A stretch of 64,000 bases of DNA from the NCBI GenBank assembly GCA_965217775.1, contig CBDCJH010000002.1, positions 1,440,001 to 1,504,000 on the forward strand, given 5' to 3'. Origin of the DNA: Acidobacteriota bacterium (lineage in GTDB: Bacteria > Acidobacteriota > UBA6911 > RPQK01 > JAJDTT01). The notes under the pieces were generated by a model. It saw only the letters and a program-made list of their open reading frames with translations, had not been told where the DNA came from and searched no databases. Positions 40,327 through 50,778 of the stretch are shown piece by piece. The number at the start of each line of letters is the position of its first letter. Within the stretch, counting starts at the first letter, position 1. A program made the position numbers and the translations under genes.

Positions 40327-42402
40327 TTAACCTCTGGGCTTCACGACGCGGATCCGGTTGTTGTTCTGGTCGCTGACCAGCAGGCAGCCCCCCTCGACAA
40401 TTGCCAGTCCGCTGGGCTGGTTGAACTGACACTCTGGGGCGGGGCCCCCGTCACCGTCGTCTCCCGGTTCGCCGTTTCCCGCCACCACTTCCAGAGTCCC
40501 GTCCGGACGCACGGCCACAATACGATGGTTTCCGGTGTCCGAGATGTAGACGGTCCCCGCCTCATCAACCGCAACTCCCTGGGGGCCGCGTAGCGGGGCC
40601 TGACCGTCCTTGACTCCGGAATTGGCCCGGCCGGGACGGCCGGTGCCGGCCAGAGTAGTGATCCTTCCGGTGGGTTCCACCCGGCGCACGCAGTGATTGG
40701 CACTGTCGGTGAAGTAGAGATTGCCTTTATCGTCGAAGGTGAGTGACGAAGGCTCCGTGATCCTGGCCTGAGTGGCTGAAAACCCATCTCCTGTATATCC
40801 CCACAAACCAATTCCAACTACGGTAGTTACGGTCCCGGTAGCATGCCGGACCCGGCGTATCCTTCCGATCCCGTCCCCGACGAAAAGATCCCCGTCGGGA
40901 GAGATTGCCAATGAGACCGGCGACGTGATGGGGCAGGATGCGGCGCTCCCCCCGTCCCCACCGTCCCAGGGAAAGCCGTTGCCCAGGTACGAGCGGATTA
41001 CCCCCAGGCGATCCACGCGGCGGACGTGAGCTCTCCTCTGATCGGCGATGTAGATGTTCCCGCTCTCGTCGACCGCCACGTCGTTGGGATTCGCCAGGTG
41101 CGCGTCGATGGCCCGACCTCCATCTCCCCCGTAGTAACGGGCGCCCGTTCCCGCCACCGTCCGGATGGTCCACGTCTCGGGGTCGATGGCCCGAATTCTG
41201 TGGTGCCAGAGGTCACTCACGTAAATCGTCCCATCCTTGGCCACAGCCAGGCCACGGGGAGCGGTCAGGGCGGCTTCCGTGGCCGGACCACCATCTCCCA
41301 CATGGGTTCCTCCCAGCACGGTCTTAACGATTCGGGTTCGGCCGTCCACTCGCCGGATCCGACCACTGCAGTCTGCCCACAATACCGATCCGTCGTCGTC
41401 CACCCAGAGCCCCGACTCGCAAGAGTTGATCCGGGTCTCCTCCCCGACCCGTCCATCCTCTCCGTAGGCCGGTAGTCCTGTCCCCACCACGGTTGACACC
41501 AGTCCCGTCCGGCCATCAACGCGTCGCACCCGAAAACCGTACTTTTCTCCCACGTAGATGTGATCGTGACGATCGATGAAGAGAGAATCGGGCATCAGGA
41601 CCGAGGCCTCTGCGGCGGGGAGGCCATCGCCAGCCGAGGACCGGGACAACTGGCCGTCCACCTGGACCAGACGGGGGTTTCCGAAGACCGTGGAAATGAT
41701 CCCGTCCCGGTCGACCCTTCGGATTCGGTCGTTGCTGTTATCGCAAATATAGAGGTTGTCTCGCGAGTCGAAGGCCAGATGCTCCGGATGGTGCAAGGCC
41801 GCCTCACTGGCCGGAATCCCATCTCCGTTGTAGCCAGGAATCCGAATTCCGGCAAAGCGCGTGATGATTCCCCGAGTGTCCACGCGCCGGACAGTATTGT
41901 CGTACTCGTCGGCCGTATAGAGGTTTCCGGCCAAATCGGTGGCCACCCCGGAGGCAACGTTCAACTGGGCCTCGACGGCTGGTCCACCGTCCCCTTCACT
42001 TCCCTGGATGCCACAGCCGGCTACGGTGGTAATGATTCCTGAGGAGCCGTCGATGCGGCGGATCCGGTAGTTGCTCAAGTCGCTGAAATAGAGATTTCCG
42101 TGAGGGTCCTGCCACAGGTCATGAGGACCGTTCAGGAGGGCTCTCGAGGCGGGACCGCCGTCACCCCCGAATCCGGCGACTCCGGTGCCCGCGAAGGTGT
42201 GCAGGATTCCATCTCGATCGATTCTCCAGATGCGGTGGCCCTGGTAGTCTGCTACCAGTAACTCCCCGGAGCCGGTTCGGACGACCCCCATGGGCCAACC
42301 GGCCGGTGAAGCAGCAGCATTGCCTCCCGTCTTCCATCCAACCCCCGCCACCGTGGCCACGGTTCCCGGTTCGAGGCGACGCAGAAAAGTGCTGAGAGTC
42401 AT
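40327..42402 (-). CDS. NHL-repeat (teneurin-like) beta-propeller protein
   Basis: Repeated AGxG..G..GDGGPA..A.L..P.G.AVD..GN.YI.D..N.RIR units. Confidence 0.85.
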   Translation of the reverse strand: MTLSTFLRRLEPGTVATVAGVGWKTGGNAAASPAGWPMGVVRTGSGELLVADYQGHRIWRIDRDGILHTFAGTGVAGFGGDGGPASRALLNGPHDLWQDPHGNLYFSDLSNYRIRRIDGSSGIITTVAGCGIQGSEGDGGPAVEAQLNVASGVATDLAGNLYTADEYDNTVRRVDTRGIITRFAGIRIPGYNGDGIPASEAALHHPEHLAFDSRDNLYICDNSNDRIRRVDRDGIISTVFGNPRLVQVDGQLSRSSAGDGLPAAEASVLMPDSLFIDRHDHIYVGEKYGFRVRRVDGRTGLVSTVVGTGLPAYGEDGRVGEETRINSCESGLWVDDDGSVLWADCSGRIRRVDGRTRIVKTVLGGTHVGDGGPATEAALTAPRGLAVAKDGTIYVSDLWHHRIRAIDPETWTIRTVAGTGARYYGGDGGRAIDAHLANPNDVAVDESGNIYIADQRRAHVRRVDRLGVIRSYLGNGFPWDGGDGGSAASCPITSPVSLAISPDGDLFVGDGIGRIRRVRHATGTVTTVVGIGLWGYTGDGFSATQARITEPSSLTFDDKGNLYFTDSANHCVRRVEPTGRITTLAGTGRPGRANSGVKDGQAPLRGPQGVAVDEAGTVYISDTGNHRIVAVRPDGTLEVVAGNGEPGDDGDGGPAPECQFNQPSGLAIVEGGCLLVSDQNNNRIRVVKPRG

Positions 42403-42581
42403 TGGTCCGCCCTCTCGCTAAAACCTGACTGTCCCTGCGAAAACCTGCATCCCCTACGATCAGGGAACCTGCGGTCAGGTGCAATAAATCTCGCCGCTCC
42501 ATCGACCGCCTCGCCTCAACGACCTGTCCGCGGCTGATCAGTCATTTTTTTGACAAAGGGATGATTCTCTATGGAATTTCC

Positions 42582-42621
42582 TTGACAGAATCTCATGAGT
42601 CATTGTGTAATCACATGTAAT
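42582..42621 (+). promoter_or_regulatory. Sigma70-type promoter with candidate operator for the GntR locus
   Basis: TTGACA(42582)-18 bp-TGTAAT(42606); overlapping TGTG-taat-CACA inverted repeat and a second TGTAAT; AT-rich divergent intergenic region. Confidence 0.55.
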
Positions 42622-42625
42622 TTCC

Positions 42626-43351
42626 TTGCAATCACACGCCAAAGTTCGAGTCGAGAAGAAGTCGAGGCTCCGGGATCGAGTGTATGCGGAGCTGAAACGC
42701 AAGATCGTGAGCCGGGAACTTCCCACCGGCTCGCGCCTCGTGTTGCGTCGGCTGGCGAAGCGGCTCGGAGTGAGCGTGACGCCCGTTGTGGGGGCCATTC
42801 AGCGTCTGGAGCGGGACGGGCTGATCGTGATGGTGCCCGAGCTGGGTGCCTTCGTCAAGCAGTGGACTCGGGGGGAGATCCTGGAAGCGTACTACATTCG
42901 AAGGGCTCTCGAGAAGGAAGCGGCCCGCTTGTTTGTGGAGAGGGCGAGTCCGGAGGACAAGCGCAAGCTCATCGAACTCAACGATCTCTTCGATGGTTGC
43001 GCCTCCAAGGACCCGCTCAAGTGTGATGAGGCGGATATCAACCTGCACCTGCACATCGTTCGTTCCACGGGTCTACCAAGACTGTACGAACTGACCGCGA
43101 ATTCAAAGATCGGAACCACACTTCTCCATGGACTGACCATGTCCCGCTCGGAGTCACCCGAGGAAGTGGCTCTCAGTTTTCAGAGTAATCTGGGCTGTCA
43201 CAAGCCCCTGATTGAAGTTCTCCTGGGTGACGATCCCGAAGCGGCAGAGCGGGAGATGGCGAGACATATCGATAACATTCTCGAGGTGATTCTTGGTATC
43301 AAAGAAGAACCGAATAGTCCCAGTATTCAAGTTGTTTTAGAGGTCCCTTAG
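42626..43351 (+). CDS. GntR family transcriptional regulator (FCD domain)
   Basis: LRDRVYAELKRKI...G.RL....LAKRLGVSVTPV..AIQRLE.DGL; C-terminal H..LI..L..DPEAAEREMARHI. Confidence 0.9.
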   Translation: MQSHAKVRVEKKSRLRDRVYAELKRKIVSRELPTGSRLVLRRLAKRLGVSVTPVVGAIQRLERDGLIVMVPELGAFVKQWTRGEILEAYYIRRALEKEAARLFVERASPEDKRKLIELNDLFDGCASKDPLKCDEADINLHLHIVRSTGLPRLYELTANSKIGTTLLHGLTMSRSESPEEVALSFQSNLGCHKPLIEVLLGDDPEAAEREMARHIDNILEVILGIKEEPNSPSIQVVLEVP

Positions 43352-43380
43352 GTCCCTGAGCCATATAAGGAGGGGAAGCA

Positions 43381-46300
43381 ATGACCCGACTCGCAAGATT
43401 GACGATTATCATATTGGCGGCAACTTTCTATCCTGCGTCAACCTACGGCCAGTCCACCACCTACGCCCGAATTCTGGGAACGGTGTCGGACCCGTCGATG
43501 GCCGTGGTCCCCGGAGTCGATGTTCAGGTCCTCAATCAGGCCACCAACGTGTCGCGCACCACCTTCACCAACGATTCAGGCGACTACCTGGTGGACAAGC
43601 TCATTCCCGGTACTTATGACGTGTCTGCCGTGCTGCCTGGATTCAAGAGGCAGGTCCTGACCGGCATTGTGCTCACCGCTGAGCAGAAGGCGCGAATCGA
43701 TATCGTCATCACCCCCGGCGAGATTGACGAAAGCGTCACGGTTCAGGCGGAAGCGCCTGTCATCGACACGGACACGGCGGAGTTGAGTGCCCTGGTGGGC
43801 CAGCAGACGATCCTGAATTTCCCGCTGGCCGGACGCAAGCTCAACAAACTCACCTACCTGACGACGGGAGCGGTCCAGCAGGGTCTGTCGACGGACAGCG
43901 ACCTCTACGGCGGGGGGATGCCGGCGTTCAACGGGATGACCTCGACGGCCAACAATCTCATGATGGACGGTGCCAACAACACGAGCATTTGCCTGGCGAC
44001 TCCAGTGGTATCCCCAACTCCGGAGACGATCCGGGAATTCAAGGTCATCACCAACAACTACTCGGCGGAATACGGCCGGGTGGGTGGAGCGGTCATCAGC
44101 ATGGTCAGCAATAGCGGCTCCAACGAATTCCACGGCCATGTCTGGGAGTACCTGCGGGACGAGAAATTCGATGCCAACCAGTTCTTCAACAATCGAATCG
44201 GAGGAGAACGGCCGCCGCTGAAACTCCACACGTTCGGAGGAGCAGTTGGAGGCCCCATCTTCAAAGACAAGACTTTTTTCTATGGCAGCTACGAACGGTT
44301 CATAGACGACGCCTCATCTCCCGGCTTCCTGACCGTCCCGACCTCGGCCGAACGGCAAGGAGACTTCAGCAATGGGGATGGACCTTTCGGCTTTGCGCCC
44401 ATCTACGACCCGTTTGACGTCGTCGACGGACAGCGCTCCGCGTTCCCCGACAACCGGATCCCTCAGAGCCGGTGGAACCCCGTCTCTCGAAAGGTCCTGG
44501 AACTGATCCCCTACCCGGAGCCGAATCAGGCAACCTTTCCCAACTATGCCTATCAGCACACCAGAAGTCTCAGAAGGAACAAGTATTCCTTCCGGGTCGA
44601 TCATCACTTCGCCGGAGAGGACACTATCTTCGTACGGTACAACTTTCAGGACTCTCCCGAGACCTCCCACACGCCGGCCGTGGGTGTCCCCGGAATGCTT
44701 CACGGAGTCTACCAGGGCACGAACGACCTGGAGCACGGCTGGGCGACCGCGGCAGGCTGGGTCAAGCCGATCGGCTCCAGGCTGATCAATGAGCTCAATT
44801 TCAGCTTCTGGTCCTTGAAGCGCTTCCGGGCGAGCATCGACCAGACAAACTGGGTCGAGGACGTGGGCTACGACATCGCCGACAAGGTGCTGCTGGAGGC
44901 TCCGGATGGAGGGCGTGGGCCGGGGGGGCTTCCCTCCATCCGCGTTTCCGGTTATGCCTCCTACTCGGGCTACGGGGCCGAGGAGCTCGGAGACTGGGGC
45001 CTCAACTTCAAGGACACAATCTCCTGGAACCGCGGAAACCACTACCTGAAGCTAGGTTTCGAGCACATGCGCAGCCTGGACATCCGGAATCGATGGGTCC
45101 CGCAGGGGAGCGCCAGCACCAGTTTCGACGGCTTCTCCAGCGGTGAGATCACCCCGACGGGGGTCAATTTCGGGCAGCCCTTCGCTGACTTCCTGCTGGG
45201 AACGGCAGCATCCGTGAGCGCCAATGTGCTCGGTGGAGGCGGCTTCGGAATCGGGGGGATCGGTCAGCTGAACATCGCCCAGTACAGCGCCTTCATCAAC
45301 GATGACTGGAAGGTCTCCCCCGACCTGACTCTGAACCTGGGCCTTCGGTGGGAACTTCCCTTGCCGCCCGTGTACCTCTTCAACCGATACAACTGCTGGG
45401 TTGAGCTGCAACCGGACCGCTTCAATCCCGTCCAGGTGGTACCCAAGGGATTTCCCTTCCAGTCGGACCTGGTCACCGGAGGAGACCTCTCGAGCCTCGC
45501 GATTCCCTTCCAGGAGAGGGATACGGAGCGCTGCCAGCCGGTGCGCTACAAATACTTTGCGCCTAGATTCGGCTTGGCTTGGAGGCTTTTTGGAAGCAAC
45601 CGGACCGTGCTGCGAGTAGGAGCCGGTCTCTCCTACGACCAGGATGTGGGAAATCTGAAGGCGGCGCCCGGCTATATCGGTCCTTTCTCGGGCAGGGTCG
45701 GCGAAACCCAGGAGCGAGGGGAGGCGCCCCGTATCTTACACGGGATCTTCCGGACCTTGCCCTTGGCGGCGGCCAGCGCCGAACACATCACCGACTACTT
45801 CTACGACCCGGATTGGCAGGAAGGGCAGATCTACAGCTACAACCTTTCCCTGCAGCACGAAATCTTCGGGGGCACGAAGCTGGAGGTGGCCTACGTGGGT
45901 CACCAGACTCGCCACCTGCGTAACGGGCGCCCTTGGAACGTCTCCATGCCCGAGGGCTTTACCGTAACCGTGCCCTATACGGAGCAACGGGTCGTGGTCT
46001 CAGGAGATCAGAGGGCACGCCGGCCCATCCCCAACGTGAGGCCCAATATCATGACCCACAGCGACGGGGCGACCGATTACAACTCGCTTCAAGCCAAGTT
46101 GGAGCGGCGATTTCGGGACGGGATCTCCCTGTCTACGGGTTACACCTGGTCCCGAACGATGGCTCACAACTTCCACGGGACTTGGTTCGAAGGTGCAACC
46201 TGGAACGAGTTCGACCGTAGGAACATGAAGACCAGAACCCATTGGGACCGGAACCACACTTACTACGGCGCATTTCTGTGGGCGCTGCCCATCTTCAAGA

Positions 46301-46773
46301 ACGCTACCGGGCTGACCCGGAGCCTGCTGGGTGGTTGGGAGGTGACCGGCCTCGTGTCGCTAGCCTCGGGCGAGCCTGTCGGTGTCGCCATATCGAGAGA
46401 CCTCTGGAACCAGGGACCGCGCCGCCGCGTGCTCCCGGACCGGGTGGGTCACGGCCAGCTCGCGGAAAGTCAGAGGACCCTGGATCGGTACTTCGACACC
46501 GGCGCCTTTGTGGAACCGACCAACTTCAGTCTCGGTAACTCGGCCTACCTGGCGCTGGAGTCGGATGGACTGGTCCTGGTGGACATGAGCTTCCACAAGA
46601 GGTTCTCCCTGGGAGAGACCAGGCACTTCGATTTCCGTGTCGATATGTTCAACGCCTCGAACCACACTAATTTTTCCAAACCCAACGGGACGGTCGACTC
46701 CGCAAGCTTCGGCACCGTTCGGGGAGCGGGTACCGCTCGCCAGATCCAGTTGGGCTTCCGTTTCTACTTCTGA
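43381..46773 (+). CDS. TonB-dependent receptor (Oar-like, carboxypeptidase-regulatory-like N-domain)
   Basis: GTVSDPS.AVVPG, NNYSAEYGR, SGSNEFHG, DDWKVSPDLTLNLGLRW, C-terminal RQIQLGFRFYF; AAGGAGG RBS. Confidence 0.92.
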   Translation: MTRLARLTIIILAATFYPASTYGQSTTYARILGTVSDPSMAVVPGVDVQVLNQATNVSRTTFTNDSGDYLVDKLIPGTYDVSAVLPGFKRQVLTGIVLTAEQKARIDIVITPGEIDESVTVQAEAPVIDTDTAELSALVGQQTILNFPLAGRKLNKLTYLTTGAVQQGLSTDSDLYGGGMPAFNGMTSTANNLMMDGANNTSICLATPVVSPTPETIREFKVITNNYSAEYGRVGGAVISMVSNSGSNEFHGHVWEYLRDEKFDANQFFNNRIGGERPPLKLHTFGGAVGGPIFKDKTFFYGSYERFIDDASSPGFLTVPTSAERQGDFSNGDGPFGFAPIYDPFDVVDGQRSAFPDNRIPQSRWNPVSRKVLELIPYPEPNQATFPNYAYQHTRSLRRNKYSFRVDHHFAGEDTIFVRYNFQDSPETSHTPAVGVPGMLHGVYQGTNDLEHGWATAAGWVKPIGSRLINELNFSFWSLKRFRASIDQTNWVEDVGYDIADKVLLEAPDGGRGPGGLPSIRVSGYASYSGYGAEELGDWGLNFKDTISWNRGNHYLKLGFEHMRSLDIRNRWVPQGSASTSFDGFSSGEITPTGVNFGQPFADFLLGTAASVSANVLGGGGFGIGGIGQLNIAQYSAFINDDWKVSPDLTLNLGLRWELPLPPVYLFNRYNCWVELQPDRFNPVQVVPKGFPFQSDLVTGGDLSSLAIPFQERDTERCQPVRYKYFAPRFGLAWRLFGSNRTVLRVGAGLSYDQDVGNLKAAPGYIGPFSGRVGETQERGEAPRILHGIFRTLPLAAASAEHITDYFYDPDWQEGQIYSYNLSLQHEIFGGTKLEVAYVGHQTRHLRNGRPWNVSMPEGFTVTVPYTEQRVVVSGDQRARRPIPNVRPNIMTHSDGATDYNSLQAKLERRFRDGISLSTGYTWSRTMAHNFHGTWFEGATWNEFDRRNMKTRTHWDRNHTYYGAFLWALPIFKNATGLTRSLLGGWEVTGLVSLASGEPVGVAISRDLWNQGPRRRVLPDRVGHGQLAESQRTLDRYFDTGAFVEPTNFSLGNSAYLALESDGLVLVDMSFHKRFSLGETRHFDFRVDMFNASNHTNFSKPNGTVDSASFGTVRGAGTARQIQLGFRFYF

Positions 46774-46783
46774 TCCGGGCCCA

Positions 46784-46818
46784 CGACGGGAGTTCGGTCA
46801 GCGACCGGGCTCCCGTCG
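46784..46818 (+). terminator. GC-rich stem-loop after the TonB receptor (terminator or mRNA-stabilising hairpin)
   Basis: CGACGGGAGTTCGGTC-agc-GACCGGGCTCCCGTCG; weak U-tract. Confidence 0.45.
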
Positions 46819-47046
46819 GGTTTCCGAACCCGGAGCATCCGTCCGAATCAACCCAAGCAGCGGCCGATGCCATTTCCCGTCGCGCAAACCGTAGCCGTTG
46901 CCCCCCTTGGAGTTCCGGAGGATCCCTTCCCTTGAGCGGGTTCCCTATCGGCGGCCGGGCCGCTTCGTCGAGTTTTCGGCGGAGCCATTCGACGCTCTGG
47001 CCAGGTTCCGCTTGAAGTACGTCTGGCCTGGACGATGGGAGGTGAG

Positions 47047-48699
47047 ATGAAACGGAGACGCTTCTTGAGCCTGTTCGGAGCGGGAGCCGCCGGCTCAGCA
47101 CAGGTTCCCAGCCGGGCTGCCACCCAGGGAGCCTGGCAGCCGAAGCCTGGTTCTCCCGAGCCCGGTACCGCAGAGGAGACGCTGTCCCGGCTCCGGCCGC
47201 TGGGAGGAGAGAGTCCCTTCGAAGTGGCCGATCGGGCCCAGTTGTTCGTGGACAGGCTGCTGGTCTGGGAAAGCCGGGACGTCTCCTTTACCCTCCATCC
47301 GGCCCAGAAACACCCGAGCAACCCGATCCTGAAGGCGGATCGTCCGTGGGAGGGGTGGAGGCTGGTGCTCTTTGGCAACGCCTTCTTCGACCAGGACGAG
47401 GGGCTCTTCAAGATGTGGTACGGCGGCGAGAGTGGACGGAAGTCCCGGCTCCCCTACTTCCCCCAGACCGAGTACAACCAGAGCCTCTACGCAGTCAGCC
47501 GGGACGGCATCGTCTGGGAGAAGCCTCTCGTGGGAACCGTGGCCGCAGCCCGGGGGGAGCCGTACCACCACAACTGCATCGCTCCGGTGGAGATTCCGAA
47601 TGTCTTCAAGGATCGCCAGGATCCGGATCCGCAGAGGCGCTACAAGATGGTCACCTTCATCGGAGATCCCCGAGAAGGCAGGGGCTACTACTCCATGGTC
47701 TCGCGCGACGGTCTCGAGTGGAACCAGTACAGTGCATCTCAGATCGCCCCGTCCCGGGACTGGATCACCGGATTCTACGATGAGCGCCGAAAGCTGTATG
47801 TCGCCTATCCCAAGATAGGCACGCTCCTGGATGGCCATGTCCGGCGTGTCTACTATGTCATGACCAGCACCGACTTCCGGCGCTGGAGCACCCCTGTCCT
47901 GGCCTTCGCGCCCGATCACCGGGATGACGCCGGTTCCCATCGCCGCATCCAGGAGATCCGCCGCCTGCTGGATCTGGATGTACCTGACGACCCGGCGCTG
48001 ATGAGGACCGAGTTCTATGGACTCGGTTTCTACCTGGCCGAAGACTGCACCCTGGGGTTTCCTTGGATGTTGACCATCAACAACGATGATCGCTACGGCA
48101 ACCAGGAAGGGATCTCCGAGATCCAGCTCGCCGTCTCGAGGGACCTGGTCCACTGGGAACGGCCCTTTCGGGTCCCGTGCATTCCCCGGGGAGAATCGGG
48201 AGAGTGGGATACGGGATTCTTCACCACCCAGTCCCAGGCGTTCAGGGTGGGTGACGAGATCTGGCTCTACTACGCCGGTTCCAACTACTCCCACGGCTGT
48301 CCCTGCTTTTACGAGACGGAAGGGGCAGGGCAGGGAACCCGGTACACGGGCAGCATCGGCCTGGCTCGGTGGAAGCTGGATCGGTTCGTATCCGCCGATG
48401 GTCCCCCGGGAGGAGGGACCCTGACCACCATTCCCGTCGTCTTCACGGGACAGCGTCTGGAGATCAATGGACGGACCCGGGCCCGTGGAGAGATTCGAGT
48501 CAGGATCCTGGACGAAGTGGGTAAGCCGCTGGAGGGAGTCAACCCCTCCCAGCCCTTTCGGGGCGATGAACTGCGACACACATTGCGCTGGCAGGGGGAA
48601 GACCCCGTCCCTGGGCTGCAGGGTCGACCGGTGACGCTGACCTTCGACCTCCGGGATGCCGAACTGTACTCCTTCGCATTCCGCAAGATCCCAGCATGA
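47047..48699 (+). CDS. Tat-exported glycoside hydrolase-like beta-propeller protein
   Basis: MKRRRFLSL Tat motif; QLFVD, SRDGIVWEKP, EIWLYY, KLDRFVS. Confidence 0.75.
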   Translation: MKRRRFLSLFGAGAAGSAQVPSRAATQGAWQPKPGSPEPGTAEETLSRLRPLGGESPFEVADRAQLFVDRLLVWESRDVSFTLHPAQKHPSNPILKADRPWEGWRLVLFGNAFFDQDEGLFKMWYGGESGRKSRLPYFPQTEYNQSLYAVSRDGIVWEKPLVGTVAAARGEPYHHNCIAPVEIPNVFKDRQDPDPQRRYKMVTFIGDPREGRGYYSMVSRDGLEWNQYSASQIAPSRDWITGFYDERRKLYVAYPKIGTLLDGHVRRVYYVMTSTDFRRWSTPVLAFAPDHRDDAGSHRRIQEIRRLLDLDVPDDPALMRTEFYGLGFYLAEDCTLGFPWMLTINNDDRYGNQEGISEIQLAVSRDLVHWERPFRVPCIPRGESGEWDTGFFTTQSQAFRVGDEIWLYYAGSNYSHGCPCFYETEGAGQGTRYTGSIGLARWKLDRFVSADGPPGGGTLTTIPVVFTGQRLEINGRTRARGEIRVRILDEVGKPLEGVNPSQPFRGDELRHTLRWQGEDPVPGLQGRPVTLTFDLRDAELYSFAFRKIPA

Positions 48700-48771
48700 G
48701 GAGTCGCCGTCACTTTGACGGCAAGACCCGTGGTCCGCGTGGTTGCATGGAGTTTGGGAATTTTGAAAGAA

Positions 48772-50592
48772 ATGAATAAGAAGGACCGAACCAGAAATGG
48801 TCTCCTGGGGATTCTCAGCCTGTCCCTTATCCTCGGCTGGGGATGTGGAACCGCGGAAGGACCCCAGATCCAGGATGAGCACTCCCCAACCGTTGCCACC
48901 GGCAAGGCATCGTCCTTGGGAACCCGGGCTTTCTCTCCCAATGGGACCATTCACCCGAGAGGGCAACCAACCACCTACTTCTTCGAATACGGGACCGGCA
49001 AGGAGTACGGCCGTCGCACTGAAGAGCGTCCCCTTCCTCCGCGGTTGGCCGCCTACTACAGGGAGACCTGGGATGAAGGTCTGGGTGGATGGTGGAGCTG
49101 GCTCGAGGCCAAACACGTCCCTTCAGGGGGAATAGCTGAAGGGTACGTCAGCTACTCCGAGCCCAGCCAACATGATCACAATCACGACGATGGAATCGGG
49201 ACCCTGCACCTGATCCAGTCCCTTGTGTGCGGCAAACACTGGACGGTGGGCGACTGCGATCCATCCCAGGGGCCTTGCCTGGCTGCCGGAGATCCGGACC
49301 TGCGGGATGCCCACGTAACCATATCGGTTCGGGGACATGACTGGGAACCCAACGGCTCGGAAGTTCTCTGGTGGAGCGTGTCCTATGTCAACATCGAGAT
49401 GATAGACGATCCCGGGTGGAGGGGTGCCAACTGGGCCTACACGGGATTCCTCCTTACCGACTACCTGATGGATGGACTGTGGCACACGGTGAAGTATCGC
49501 CTTTGGAATGACACGTCTTACTGGTCTTTCGGAGGGAACAATCCTACCCAACAGGGGGGTGTGGCCCGACGCTATGACTACACCTCCGTCGACTCGACCC
49601 AGGGGCACGTGAATTGGGACTTCTTCCACCTGGCGGCGTTCATCGACATCGAGAATCCTCCCTCCGGGACCGTCGAATTCGACGAGTTCCAGTTGGTCTA
49701 TCGCAATGAGTCGCTGCTCTTTCCGAGCAATGGTGGCCGGCTGGTGAAGTCGCCCCCGGACTCGTCTTCCGATGCAGCCACTCTGACCGACGGCTGGCGC
49801 CACGGTGAAGGACACCAGTGGAGGAGCGCGGAGAACCCCTCTGAGCCTCAGGAGTTTGTCTACTCCTTCCAGCGGCCCGTTACCATCGACGCCGTCCAAC
49901 TTCACCAGAATCCCTCCTGGCCGGTGCGTCAGGTTGAGGTGCTGGTTTCACCGGACGGCGATGAGTACACCCCGCTGTTCAGGCGGGAACTACCGCAAAA
50001 GGGAGAAGCAGGCCCCAACTCGGCCTACACGTTGGATAGAGGGCTGGGCGCCCGGGCGGGATTCCTGAAGCTGCGCCTCATCTCCGGATATCAGGATCGG
50101 TATTGGGGATTGGGAGAGATCGAGATCTTCGGCACCGGCGCCGTGATGCTTCCCGACGACGATCTCTACCATGTGAACACCGACATCACCGGCTTGACCC
50201 CGGGGACGACCTACCACTACCGGTTGGTGGCGAGGAGCGCATCCGGCATCACCTGGGGAGAGGACCGGCAGTTTACTGTGCCCGCCACGAATCAGCCGCT
50301 CGCCACGACGGGTAAGGCCACCCGCATCAGCTCGAACTCCGCCAAGGTGGAGGGTCGCCTGAATCCCATGGGAGTCCGCACCAACTTTCACTTCGAGTAC
50401 GGAACGGAGTCGTCCTATGGTCTTCAAACCGATCCCAGCTACGGCGGGTTCCAGATCACGCCCCGGACGGGTTTTGCCGAACTGAAGAATTTACAACCGT
50501 CCGCCAGCTATCACTACCGGATTGTCGCCGTCAGTGAGAAGGGAACCGCCTACGGTGAAGATGCCACCTTCAAGACGCAAGACGCACCATGA
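48772..50592 (+). CDS. Probable lipoprotein with FN3 domains and a discoidin (F5/8-type)-like domain
   Basis: LILGWGC lipobox-like motif; FEYGT...YG and L.PGTTYHYRLVA FN3 motifs; LTDG...W...IDAVQL...VEVLVSPDG...GLGEIEIFG. Confidence 0.75.
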   Translation: MNKKDRTRNGLLGILSLSLILGWGCGTAEGPQIQDEHSPTVATGKASSLGTRAFSPNGTIHPRGQPTTYFFEYGTGKEYGRRTEERPLPPRLAAYYRETWDEGLGGWWSWLEAKHVPSGGIAEGYVSYSEPSQHDHNHDDGIGTLHLIQSLVCGKHWTVGDCDPSQGPCLAAGDPDLRDAHVTISVRGHDWEPNGSEVLWWSVSYVNIEMIDDPGWRGANWAYTGFLLTDYLMDGLWHTVKYRLWNDTSYWSFGGNNPTQQGGVARRYDYTSVDSTQGHVNWDFFHLAAFIDIENPPSGTVEFDEFQLVYRNESLLFPSNGGRLVKSPPDSSSDAATLTDGWRHGEGHQWRSAENPSEPQEFVYSFQRPVTIDAVQLHQNPSWPVRQVEVLVSPDGDEYTPLFRRELPQKGEAGPNSAYTLDRGLGARAGFLKLRLISGYQDRYWGLGEIEIFGTGAVMLPDDDLYHVNTDITGLTPGTTYHYRLVARSASGITWGEDRQFTVPATNQPLATTGKATRISSNSAKVEGRLNPMGVRTNFHFEYGTESSYGLQTDPSYGGFQITPRTGFAELKNLQPSASYHYRIVAVSEKGTAYGEDATFKTQDAP

Positions 50593-50778
50593 GAGGATGC
50601 CCGCGGTCGGAGTTGTCCATGCTCGAGTGGCCCGGCTCCGTGACCAACCGCCGGTTTCGATTCCAGTTCGGCGCCGGGGAATCCGTCGAAATAGCCACTG
50701 TGTAACTCTGGGGAAACGCTGCCTATCGAAAAAGCCGCCTGGAAGCGCGGCCGGATGACCGTATCAAAGGAGGAATTC

